A stretch of 63,705 bases of DNA, counting the filler, from Reticulomyxa filosa (taxonomy: Eukaryota > Protista > Foraminifera): assembly GCA_000512085.1 (NCBI GenBank). It is 22 parts of 22 records of this genome, joined end to end, with 100 filler letters (N's around TTAATTAATTAA, not from the genome) between each part and the next. Parts side by side here need not be neighbours in the genome. Positions count along the whole stretch, not along the records: positions 51,414 to 54,204 come from ASPP01014010.1; positions 54,305 to 59,905 come from ASPP01028144.1; positions 60,006 to 62,571 come from ASPP01002245.1; positions 62,672 to 63,705 come from ASPP01018616.1; 18 more parts are not named here. One strand, given 5' to 3'. Below are positions 51,560 through 63,091 of the stretch, one piece after another (the stretch's first letter is position 1; each line of letters opens with the position of its first letter). The translations under genes were made by a program, and so were the position numbers. Under the pieces are notes generated by a model. The model ran no database searches, had not been told where the DNA came from, and saw nothing but the letters and a program-made list of their open reading frames with translations.

Positions 51560-53013
51560 TCAGCCCAGAATTGGATTGCTCAGTCGACATTTGCTATGTG
51601 CCGGGATCGGCATCGAATAAACACTTGATAATTCACGTGAGCGGGGTGCACGGAGTAGAAGGTTTTGCAGGGTCGGCGATCCAAATCTTTTTGCTGCGAC
51701 AGGTGTTGCCGCACTTGGGATACGGAAAGACGGAATTGGAAAATACGTACATAGCATCTCAGGCCGGACAAGAATACAAAAGCGATGACGACAGACCACA
51801 CATCGTATTTGTTCATTCTTTGAACCCCACTGGTATGGCAATGGGTCGCAGGTTCACCATCGACAACATTGACTTGAATCGAAATGTTATTTTCGATGAG
51901 GACAAATGGAAACAGGTTAGACCCCCCTTTTTTTTTTTTTGTATTTTCCAGTTTTTTCTTTATTATTATTTTTTTTTAACTCCCCCTTTTTAAAAAAAAA
52001 AATTTGTGAAAAGGTAACACAAATGAGCTACACTGCAGAAGCCGAAATAAACGGGGAAAAGACATCATATATGCCGAATCGAGAATATTCCAACTTTCGA
52101 TGGTTTCTAACCCCCAATCGAATGCCATCGTTCTGGAAGGATGATGTGTGGTTTTGGGCTCAAACCGCGTGGCAGCTGCTGCTGTATGGGTTTGACGCAT
52201 TAAGTAAGGTGGTTGTCACTGGACAATATCATGACCCCAAAGGGTTGTATTACGGGGGACAAAAGTTATCCCCTGAACATGAGGCCTTGACCCACTTTTT
52301 GCTCGGTAAAAAGGACTTGTCAAAGGGGCTGCGCTTGGAAGACATGTGCGATCGTAATGTCAAAGGTTTTGATAAAGTCTCTTTGATCGATGTCCACACT
52401 GGGTTAGGAAAAAAAGGAATGGACACTTTGCTGACTAGCTATGTTCACGATTATAAAAAATTGAAGCAAATATTTCAAAACGATGAAGATTATGTAAAAG
52501 ATGGTATTTTTTTTTTTCCTGTCTTATTTTATTATATGTAATGTGTGTGTACGTCCGTTTTTCCCCCCCCCTCCTACTCTTCGCACTTATTTTATTTATT
52601 TTGTGTGTGTGTTGCCTTGGAGATAATTAGATCGAATAATGTGCTCTTCTATACCAAGCAGTGCAGATAGTGGGTTTTCTCAAGAAATAATGTACGCTCA
52701 TTCGATTGGGAATATGGACGAATATAGTGAAAAACTTTTTGGTGGTGATGAGAGGGATGTTCTTTCGTTCACTCAAGAGTTTGGAACTGTCTCACCAGTT
52801 AAGGTATTTAAAGCGATTCGAAATGAAAACATGGCAAATTGCTATTTGCCGATTCACGAAGGAGGATTTTCTTCGCAACTTAACTATGAACAACTTCTTC
52901 GACAAAGAAGGTCAGACGTAAAAAGAGTTTTTTACTGTGAGTCCGATCCTGACTGGAAAGACAGTGTTTTGAAACACGGATCATATGTCTTTCATGCCAT
53001 TTACAAGAGATAG
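51560..53013 (+). CDS. M14-family zinc carboxypeptidase-like (DUF2817), multi-exon, 5' truncated
   Basis: SGVHGVEGFAGSAIQ (HxxE), NPTGM..RR...NIDLNRN, GQYHDPKGLYYGG, IDVHTGLG, QEFGT. Confidence 0.87.
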
Positions 53014-53294
53014 ATTGTCATGTATCGGCTCACTTTTATTTCCTTTATTAATTTGGCCTAACTTGAATGAGGCAAAACAATAGTCATTTCAAAAAAATTT
53101 TTTGTTTAGCTTTTAAAAAAAAAAATAAAAATTAAAAAAAACAACAACAAAGAGATAAGTTTAGATTGACCCAAAAAAAAAGTTTGAATGTATCAACAAA
53201 CAATATTTTCCTATTTTCCTTTGTTTCTTCGAAAGGCAACTAAAACTGCTATTTTTTTTAAGTAAAGAAAAAAATAACAAATCAGTGTTCTTTT

Positions 53295-54125
53295 CTATTG
53301 AGAAGTTTTTATTTCAGTGTCCCCAGCACTTCCTCGACGACGGTCGGAAGTTTCGGTAGAGTGTGTTGATTTCTCTTTGTCTTTTGTTCGTTTGCTGTAG
53401 CTTTTTTGCTTGTCATGGTGTTTTGAATCGTCTTTAGAACGAGTACTTTCGTTGTCACTATGCCAACCTTGGGTGTGAGTGTCACCAGGTGTGGTCATGT
53501 GAGAGGTAGTGTTGCCTTGCGTTTTGTCACGACTACTTTCAACATCACCTTCGATCAAGTAATCCGACATTTTTCCACCACCAGCCAAGAAACTAGCATC
53601 GTCAGTTTCATTACTGCTCTCATTGTCTTGCAAATCTCTCAGTACATCTTTTGGCTCATGAATAGGTTCGACATTGACAATATCATTTTTTGTCAATTTT
53701 TGAATCTTTCTTCCCAATGAATGTTTCCACTTGCTGATGCGACCGGCGTCGGTAGTAACTTGCATCGGCCCGTGATGCAATTTGCGACCGCTGTTGTCCA
53801 ACGGTGTGCGTTGTTGTCGACGACTTTCCCGTTCATACTCAATCAAGTTGGTGACATCAATTGTAAAGGGCTGCAATATCCTCGGATTTTCTCGGCAAAA
53901 CGCACAATATTCTTCATAGTCAATGACACCATTTTTGTCTTTGTCACATATCAAAAACGTGTCATTTACTAACTTGTCAACTTGTTCTGTAGACAGATGC
54001 ATATCAATGTATTCCGATGCCGCACACACCATTTTTCGCAACTCTTCTCGATCAATCAATTTGTCATTATTCATGTCGTATAGAAAAAACGACAATTCCA
54101 TCTTTTCTTGAGGGGACGCTTCATT
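53295..54125 (-). CDS. Calcineurin-B/NCS-like EF-hand protein with long C-terminal tail, last exon
   Basis: EKMELSFFLYDMNNDKLIDREEL and FLICDKDKNGVIDYEEY. Confidence 0.85.
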   Translation of the reverse strand, partial: NEASPQEKMELSFFLYDMNNDKLIDREELRKMVCAASEYIDMHLSTEQVDKLVNDTFLICDKDKNGVIDYEEYCAFCRENPRILQPFTIDVTNLIEYERESRRQQRTPLDNSGRKLHHGPMQVTTDAGRISKWKHSLGRKIQKLTKNDIVNVEPIHEPKDVLRDLQDNESSNETDDASFLAGGGKMSDYLIEGDVESSRDKTQGNTTSHMTTPGDTHTQGWHSDNESTRSKDDSKHHDKQKSYSKRTKDKEKSTHSTETSDRRRGSAGDTEIKTSQ

Positions 54126-54341
54126 ACTTTTTATTTTTTTAGTTTTTTTTGTGTTTATTGTTTAATTTTTTTTTTTTTTTTTTTCGAATATTTTTTTTTT
54201 TTTTNNNNNNNNNNNNNNNNNNNNNNNNNNNNNNNNNNNNNNNNNNNNTTAATTAATTAANNNNNNNNNNNNNNNNNNNNNNNNNNNNNNNNNNNNNNNN
54301 NNNNTTCTTCTTCTTCTTCTTTTTCTTCTTCTCCAAAAAAA

Positions 54342-55476
54342 TTGAATCATCAGTCCAATGTTGTTGCTGCTGCTGCTCCCACGACGACTGCCAATGCCAC
54401 GGCTACTGCAATTACGACTGCAAGTGCTGCTGCATCTGTAACTACGACTGGGACCACTGTTGCTGGTGCCACTACTGCTGCCGTTGCAACCGCATCGAAT
54501 TCTGACCGACGGAAAGTCAATGGAAGCGGACTGTTCGAATGCGATGTGTGCCATAAGAAATATAAGCATCAAAGCAATTTGTCTACTCACAAAAAAGTCC
54601 ACACTGATCGTGCATTGATTTGCCCTCATTGCAACCGAGTTTTGTTTTTTCGTTTTTTTTTTTTTTTTTTTTTTTCCACCCTCACACTTTTTTTTACAAA
54701 AATCTTATTATTTTTTTTTGTCGCTGTTGCTTTAGAATTGGACTGAAAAAAAAATAAAAAATAAAAATAAAAATAAACAATAAAAGAAATTTGCCCGAAA
54801 GACCAATTTCATTGAGCATGTCAACATTCACATCGGAGCCAAGCCTTACCAGTGTAGATTTTGTCCCAAGAGATTTACTCAGTGTCATGGGTATGTTGGT
54901 TTCTTTTTTTGTTTGTTGGCTTGCTTCCTTTCGTTCGTCTCTCGTTGCAATACACTTTTTATGATTTGTTGTTTGTTTTTTTTTTCCATCTTTTCTTGCA
55001 ATGTTTTGGACCCACATGAACCAATTCACAGATGGAAAGATCATGAAAGGTGTGTATACATTTCTCTGTAACATCACTAACAAAAAAAATTAGCGCATGA
55101 AAACAAAAAACTTGTGTGTACGTACTTGCAAAGTGTAAGCTGTTTTTTTGGCTAACTGCGTGTTTTTTCTGAGTTATTTCAAAGAACTTTTTTAGTTTTT
55201 CAAATAAGGATACTTTCTTTTGAAAGGGACAGAAAGACAAGAAATAACCAACATGGGGGTACACTAATAAACTGGCACAGAATTCATACCGGAGAAAAGC
55301 CTCATATTTGCGAAGTCTGTGGTCGCGGCTTTGCAGTCAAATGGAATTTAAAAGTACACATGCGGATCCACACTAACCAAAAGCCACATAAATGCAAGCA
55401 TTGTGGTCGTCAGTTTCGACAGCGCTCAGCTATGACGTCTCATGTTAGAAATGTCCACCAAGTAACATGTGCCTAG
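54342..55476 (+). CDS. C2H2 zinc-finger protein (5 fingers), multi-exon, 5' truncated
   Basis: CDVCHKKY..HKKVH, CPHC | KF..HVNIH, CRFC..HG | WKDHER | IHTGEKPHICEVC..HMRIH, CKHC..HVRNVH. Stop TAG 55474-55476. Confidence 0.9.
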
Positions 55477-56898
55477 TGTTTCCAATTTTGCCTTTCTGGA
55501 GAAAAAGCCTTATATTGTCATTTCAATTGTTTTTTCGTGTATTTGATTTTTTTTTTTTGGAGGGCTTGCGCTGATTTTTATCATTTCTGTTATTCTAGAA
55601 CCTCCAAAAAAAGAGGAAGCCTTGTTTCGGAACGCGTTTCCTCTTGTCTGAACAGTTTGTTTCAATTTTGCCCTTTTTTTTCCGTTTTTGTTTTGGTGGG
55701 TATTTTTTTATTTTTTTTGTTTTTTTTGGTACGGTGGGTGGAGTGCACACCAGATACAAAAATTGTTTTTTTATCAGAGCAAAACAAATTCCAAAAAGAC
55801 ATGACAATTGTGTCTTGTCTGAAATGGTTGATTTTTCTTTGTAGGTATTGTTGTGGTTGGTGTTTGTTTGCGTAGACCCCTAAACACACGCATCTCTTGT
55901 TTGTTAAATGTAGCAGATAACACTGTAGAGTGTTGGATTTGAAAGTGTTTTTGTACACAATTACAGAGCAGCTGTTATTGACGCAAAACTCGTTTCACTT
56001 TTTTTTGCTCAATACATTCAAATGATTTAAGAAAAAGCTTCAACACTAAATGAAATGTTACAATCAAAACAAAAAAAAGATTCAAAAGGGGAATGAAATG
56101 AGGCCACACGTTCGGCGTTCAAAGAATTTCAAGTACCTATTATATGCAAACCATACTTTAATTTATTTTGTCATTTTGAAAAAAGCAAGCCTTTTTGAAA
56201 AAATTTTCAGTAGTCCCCTTGTTATTTTCCCTTTCCCACTTTTAGGTGAAAATCAAACTTAAAATGATAATATCATCATGAGGAGAAACATCAAAAAACA
56301 AGATTTGTAACTTGACTACTCGTTTCCATAATTGTTTAATTGCGTTTGCAAAATTCTATTTTAACCACACAAATGATTTTTCGCACAAGGAAGAAAAAAG
56401 AATGAGGAAAAAAAAGGGCTAAAGCACAAGTCAGACGAAGAAGGTTAAAAATTGAATAATCGTCAAAAAGTATCCGTCAAAGATTTTCATCATTTAAAAA
56501 AGAATAGACGCACAATAAAACATACCAAAAACTATGAAAGTATAACACGTTGTCAAAAAGACGCTTTCCCTTTGGGTGAAGTTTGAAAAAAACTACTGTC
56601 GTAAAAAAATTTATTATTATTTTTTTATTTCGAAAGTGTTAGAGAGCTGAAATACTGTAAGAGCACACAGAATATGTGCATTATTGCGAAATTGTTTCTG
56701 TAAGTAACACACATTTATTCTGAAATTTTATCGCTGAAATTTGCTTTAATTCTGTGTTTGTTGGTGAGCAAAGAATATTTTTAAAATGTAATTAAAACAA
56801 ATTTTTTTTTGGGGCGGAGTTTTGACAAAAACTTAAAAGGGCGCAAAGCGTGCTCAAAACACTTATGATATCATAATCTTATAGCTGGTCAGGTTGAA

Positions 56899-57337
56899 AT
56901 GACACTTGCCGTTTCGGCGAAACGTTCTCAAGCTTTAGTATTTAAAGCCTTACTTGCGCAAAAATGTCAAAGATACAAAGGTTTGGTGTGTTGAGCGTGT
57001 TGTGTGTTATGAGCGAAGAGAAGACGACAGGAGACAAAATTTGTGATCAGATATGCGCGATTATATGATGGAGTTGATAAACGAAAAGGCGAACAAGAGT
57101 AAAATAGCATTGACAGAAGAAGAAAGGAATTTGTTTGTGATAAGTTATAAGCGAGAGATAGTGGAGTTAAGAAAGGCATACAGTTATCTGACAGAAAAGT
57201 TACAAAAATTGAAGTCACAAGCGTCAAAAGAAAGTGAGGCTAGTGTGGAAGTGATAAATAATGAAGCTAGCAAAAGCAAGAGCAAGCTAAGTTCTGAGAA
57301 GAACACTGGTAATAATATTAGCAATAACAACAATAAC

Positions 57338-57393
<56 letters not shown>

Positions 57394-57403
57394 TAATAAT
57401 AAC

Positions 57404-57456
<53 letters not shown>

Positions 57457-58789
57457 TAAAACTCTAACAAATTCTGCAATGAGTGAAAATAAAAGCAATA
57501 TGATGTCTTCACCTTTGCAATCGATACTGACGTCGTCAATAACGATGGACGGCGACAATATGGAGAACGGAGGCAGCAGAGTCGGTGAGAAAATGAAGAG
57601 CCCGAGTTCGTCCAAAAAACTCGGAGCGATGTCATCGAAGACAAACGAAATGCACTACCTCTCGCAGTATCGTCAGAAGATTGCGAGTCAGTGCATCTTA
57701 TTGTGTCACCAAAGCATTGCCACCATCAAATGTCAAATCTTGCCTTTGGTCGATTCCAACATTTGCAAGTTGTTGCCGTTGATCGACGAGGCCATCGTCA
57801 TGGAAAAAAAGCCAAGTAATGCAAGCACCAGTGTGGACACTAATCCTACGAGCATTGGCATTGGCATTGGAATTTTCCCTGTTGCAAATGCAGCTGCAAA
57901 TATTAATATAGTAAATGCAAATGCAAATACAAATATAAATATAAATAATCTGAGTCTTAATTTGAATGTGAATGCGAATGCGAATACAAATACAAATACA
58001 AATACAAATACAAATACAAATACAAATACAAATACAAATGCAAATACAAATGCGAACAAAAGTGAAGATAACTACAAAATGACAGTAAATACACACTTTA
58101 CGAATTCATCAATTGGCGATGAAAAGAAAGACGAAATGCAAAACGAGGATTCGAACAAACAGGAAACGCAAACGGACACACACAACTTCCAAATGTTCAT
58201 TTGGAACACAATGCGCAATAACGACACGTATAAAGACATAGTCCAACATCTGACGCACGCTCATGAGTGCGTGTATTGGTACAAAACCATTGGCGATTTT
58301 CATCACATTGAATGCGAACTCATCGACGAGGAAATTGATGAAATGGGTGATGAAATCAAAGAAATGAGCGAATGGAAAGCTCTGGGCTTTTATTTGATGG
58401 CCACTTACATTGGACAGACTCATTTGGACAGCGTCTCCCCTGTCGTCTTAGCCTTGGCTTTAAATTGTGGCAAGTTTTATTACCATATCTTGTCGCAGTC
58501 CGAAAAAGCATACGACACCATCAAGCAAGCTCACGACAATGCCATTGCTCACATCCAACGAGAAAACAAACGAAACATTGAACTGTCGCTTCAAAACTTG
58601 AAGCAATCTTCCTCCGCCACTGAGCTGTACGAAGGGGAAGCCACCGACGAAAAAGGGGCCGAACTTGAACATTTCAGAAAAGAAAAGGGCATACAAAACA
58701 CTAGTGATTTGCAACTGGAACACAATGACTCTTTGCTTTTGTTAGAAAATTTGCATCGTCAATTGACCACTTGGTCTTCATTTCAGTGA
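56899..58789 (+). CDS. Divergent 14-3-3-like protein with large low-complexity inserts
   Basis: Exon 1 LVFKALLAQKCQRYK | DM, then LTEEERNLFVISYK, YRQKI, YKTIGDF, SPVVLALALN..FYYHIL, KQAHDNAI, DSLLLLENLHRQLTTWS. Intron 56981-57050. Confidence 0.88.
57323..57457 (+). repeat. (AAT/AAC)n coding microsatellite (poly-Asn)
   Basis: Direct observation inside the 14-3-3-like ORF. Confidence 0.95.
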
Positions 58790-59365
58790 TTTTTTTTTCC
58801 TAACATGTTCATTGTGGACTAAACGTTCTCTCACAAATTTTTTTTTTTTTAGAGCGCAGTAAATTACAACAGAAAAAATTAGCATTACATGATCCAAAAA
58901 AAAATGTACTTGTTTACACTTTTGTCCAAGTTGATAATAACAACGACGAAAGAAAATGACTTTTTAAAAAATTAAACCAACTTGGGCGTTCGGAGAGTGC
59001 ACTATACTTTGCGTATCTGTCAATGAAATCAAAAACCCAAAGAAAGAAATAATTCTAATGAATATTTTTTATTTATTAATATAATGAATATATTTATTGT
59101 ACAAGTCATTAACAATAAATGTTTTATCTACTTATCACATGATTTCAGCATTTAGAATATATTATCTCTTTTAATTTTTAAAAGTAAAAACAACTTTGTA
59201 AAATGACTTTTTTTAAAAGTTGTGATTTTTGTACAAAAAAAAAATTAGAGTTAGCCATAACAAAACTTCACCAGTTCAAGAAAACTCCAAAAAAAAACTC
59301 CAGAACCAATTCATATACATCATCTAACCAAGAAACCAAGGACTAAAAGGAAGAAACTGAGTAAG

Positions 59366-59905
59366 ATGGAAGAAGAAAAAAGCAAAGAAAAAACGAAAAT
59401 GGACTTGAAGTCAATTCATCAACAACAGCCTTGCTTTGACAAAAATTGGATTTTACAATTGAACCAGCAGGAAGACATTCACGATTTTATTTGTTTGATT
59501 TGCAAACAAGTCACCAACGATCAAATGGAAATTAATTGCACTCAACATAAAAACATGGATGAATCATTGATCGTCGGAGAGAATTGCTTGAATCAATTCC
59601 TTAGTAAAAACCCAAATTCTTGTCCGATTGAACATCACAACAACTGTTTGTATTCTCAAAGTAGAGTGGCGAAACGATACATTAATGAATTATGTGATAT
59701 GTCCACGGCAATTTGAGCAAGAACAAGAACAACTACAAGTATCAACACGACAAAGACATGAAGAAATTGTTAGTTGCGATTTCAAAGGAAAAGTGAATGA
59801 TCGTTTGGAACATTCTTGTTGTCTACAAATGATTAAATGTTGGTTTGAGTCATTTGGATATAATCACACATGTTTGAAATCTGCGATTAATGATCATTTG
59901 ACATC
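59366..59905 (+). pseudogene. RING-like + TRAF-type zinc finger protein, frameshifted and truncated
   Basis: CLICKQV...C..H....GENCL...SCPI, then VICPRQF..CDFKGK..LEHSC...CWF..FG.NHTC...NDHL. Frameshift near 59692. Confidence 0.7.
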
Positions 59906-61691
59906 NNNNNNNNNNNNNNNNNNNNNNNNNNNNNNNNNNNNNNNNNNNNTTAATTAATTAANNNNNNNNNNNNNNNNNNNNNNNNNNNNNNNNNNNNNNN
60001 NNNNNTTAATCGATCGTTATTGTTTATGCTTCAATATTCATACACCATCAGGTACATCAAATGTTATCTACATTTCAGGAAGAAGATTAAGTTTGTCAAG
60101 AAATTTGAACAAAATGCGAAACAACAAGAGTTAACTCTTGTGCTGGCGAAATTATCTCTTTATTACTAAGTTTTATATTTATCAAGCGTAGTACCTAATG
60201 CAATGTGTAAGTTTTACTTTATTTTTTTAATTTTAAAAGTAAAAGTAATTGAAATTGAAATTTAACCTTGTGATACATGAAGAACACTACAAGAACTAAA
60301 CATTTTTTGTTCAGCTCTTTTAATAAATAATTTAAGACGCTGAACGTAAAAGGTGGCTAACAGAAAATTCTTGTAGATATTTACTACTTATTGCCTTTTC
60401 AAATTTGTATTTGTTGAACATTAGAAAAGGATTTAAGCTTTTGTTCAATGTTCATTGAGATATTTCGTTTATTGTTACCAAAGCCGATGCGTTTGTGATT
60501 TTAAAACTTAAATTGTTTTTTCAACTTTAATAAAATAATGGTTTGTGTTTACAAAAACAATGAGCTTTTGTTTTCAAATTTATTTTTAATGACTAGAGCT
60601 TTATATGTCTTTTTTTATTACCCTTGTTGAATTCCTTAGTTTTTAGTGTTTGAAAATTTGAATTAGATAACAATAAAAAAAAGCATGTTTTCAATTTCCC
60701 AAAATACAAAAAACCGGAACAAGTTTTTTCTTATAAAACAAATATTTGCTAAGTTTTTTCAATTCAAGTAGTGATGCGTTAACAACAATAGAAAAAAATT
60801 TCTTTTTTTATTGGATACATTTTACCACTGTATTATCACTTCTTGTATTTGTATTATCTCAAAAGACAGCTATGTTTTTTTGATTTAGATGATTGCTCAG
60901 AACATCAATATCAACAAATTCTTTTTTAAAATACTTTCCAGGGCTGTTCTTTTGATGTTTCGAAATAGCAGAAATTGTTTGCATATAAAATTATGCAACC
61001 AAAAGAGTTACATAATGAAAATATTTTTGCTTGTTAGTTTGATGCTAGGATTCACATTACCTACACAATAGAAAGTTTTATTAATTTTTTGTGTTAGTAA
61101 TTAAAAATAGAACCCAACATTTGAATTTGCTGGTATTCGTTTTTTTCACGTCACCTTTTTTTTTAAAAAAAGAAAAGTCAAGCTGCTTAACATTAACAAC
61201 ATGGGTAATCGAACTACAACATAAAAACCTACTGAAAGACAAGTTAACAAGGACAGCATATTATTTTAGCTCTCTTTCAAAGTTTGATAGAACAACAAAG
61301 GCTGTAATGAACGCACTTTGTTACCTTTTGGTGGATATGCTAAACATTTATTGGAGATGAACTATGTAAGCGTTTAGTAACAACAATGAATCAAACAATT
61401 GTAATCATTCACAGACATCAAATCATTCAAAAAATTACCAAGAAGTGTATGTAACGATTGATTAAAAAAAAGTATTTGCTGTTTATCGATATTCAAAAAA
61501 TAAAATTAATATTTGATTTAAATACAGTCCAATTTATCACAATTGGATACAATTGTATTGTCTTATTAAAATCAAAAAAATGTGCAAGATATGAAAACGA
61601 AAGAAAGTAAAATGCTACAGTTCTGTTAAAAATTGGAAAATCAGTTAAAAATGATAAAAACGAATATAAAGACTATAATTTAAAAAAAAGC

Positions 61692-61793
61692 AAGTAAGGA
61701 AAAATCGAAAAAGAAAATTTAAATCAGGCGGCGCCTTCAGGAACATTCTAGCGCCGCCCGAACTAAATCTTTCTTTTTGATTTTGTCTTACTT
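61692..61793. repeat. Long imperfect palindrome with GC-rich core (dispersed element, copy 2)
   Basis: AAGTAAG..AAAATC.AAAAAGAAA.ATTTAAATCAGGCGGCGC - 16-nt loop - GCGCCGCCCGAACTAAATCTTTCTTTTTGATTTTGTCTTACTT. Confidence 0.8.
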
Positions 61794-62355
61794 CGGCGAA
61801 AAAGGCTTGATGTGGTACATAGTCGGAGCGCAATCAGTTTTGAACGGATCACAATAATTATGACTGAAAATTGACTTATAATTAAAAATTATGAAATTTA
61901 ATCATGAACTGTGAACATGTTCAAAAAAAAAAATTTTACTACAGTAATGAAATTAGTAGTTAAGGTTCATGGAACCTTGTGAAGCCCCTTTTTAAAACTT
62001 TCATTATCTTCTTTGACTTTCTTCAATTTTCTGGTTTTGTTGTCTACTTTTTTATTTACCTTTTTTGTTGAAATTTGCTCATTGTATTGATTACCACAAA
62101 AACTGTGTTACAGTGATAGACATTTTTTTGCTGTGACATTTTTTATAACTGTGGAGATACTAGTTAATTGAGTGTTTACTCATAACTGAAGCTTTTTGTT
62201 GAAAATGTTCCAAGCATGCATCACACAATACATCAAACTCTGTTTAGCTCAAAATTGATCAACTCAAGGAAGAAAGAAATAACTATAACTTGTAATGTAG
62301 GTAATATCATGTTTGAAACATATGAAAGAGAGAGGCGAACTCAATCCTTTTGACA

Positions 62356-62571
62356 TCACCAACCAAGAAAAATAATTTCCACTTTTCCATGGGACTTATT
62401 TACACCTGATTCCATTACACGGTCGTTCTGTGCCGAGTTGTAAGAAAAGGCTCCATAGTTTTCAAAATTTCCATTGGATCGGTTTTGTTGTACAACACAT
62501 CCTCCAATGTATCCACCACCACCGCCTCCTATTTTTGCAAACATTGTTGAAATATGCTCAAACGTAAACCA
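62356..62571 (-). CDS. Glycine-rich domain C-terminal fragment
   Basis: GGGGGGYIGG...GAFSYN...GVN..HGKVEI resembles the end of Gly-rich (ALK/LTK-like) domains. Confidence 0.35.
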   Translation of the reverse strand, partial: WFTFEHISTMFAKIGGGGGGYIGGCVVQQNRSNGNFENYGAFSYNSAQNDRVMESGVNKSHGKVEIIFLGW

Positions 62572-62671
62572 NNNNNNNNNNNNNNNNNNNNNNNNNNNNN
62601 NNNNNNNNNNNNNNNTTAATTAATTAANNNNNNNNNNNNNNNNNNNNNNNNNNNNNNNNNNNNNNNNNNNN

Positions 62672-63065
62672 CCGGCGGATGCACACTGCCGTTCGTGGGC
62701 TCCATGCCGGAGCCAGGTCTCAAGATCGCGTTCCTGGTGTTCGGCTCCGCCATCGGCAGCACGATCTATGTCGTCCTGCCGATGATCATCAGCGAGCTCA
62801 CCCCGCACCCGCAGCGCGCCGCGATGCTGGCGATCACCAACTCGGTCGTCACCTTCGCCGGCATTCTCGCGCCCCGCATCATGGGATCGATGATCCAGAA
62901 CGCCTCGACACCCCTGCCGGCTACGAACAGGGTTACGTCATTCTCGGCGGGCTGCTCCTCGCCGGCGGTATCGTCGGCCTGCTCTTCATCCGCCCCGAGA
63001 CGGACCGCAAGCGCCTCGCCGCGCACGCCGTGTCCGCCCCGCCGCTTCAACCCGTTCGCGCCTGA
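62672..63065 (+). CDS. MFS transporter, 3' end (bacterial)
   Basis: IYVVLPMIISELTPHPQRAAMLAITNSVVTFAGILAP / GYEQGYVILGGLLLAGGIVGLLFIRP. One-base frameshift near 62915. Confidence 0.85.
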
Positions 63066-63091
63066 CCAGCCGTCCCTTTCAGGAGGAACCG

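Noticed and set aside
57184-58096. Poly-Leu, poly-Tyr, (IC)n and (FV)n minus-strand ORFs
   Set aside because: Antisense translations of microsatellites within the 14-3-3-like gene.
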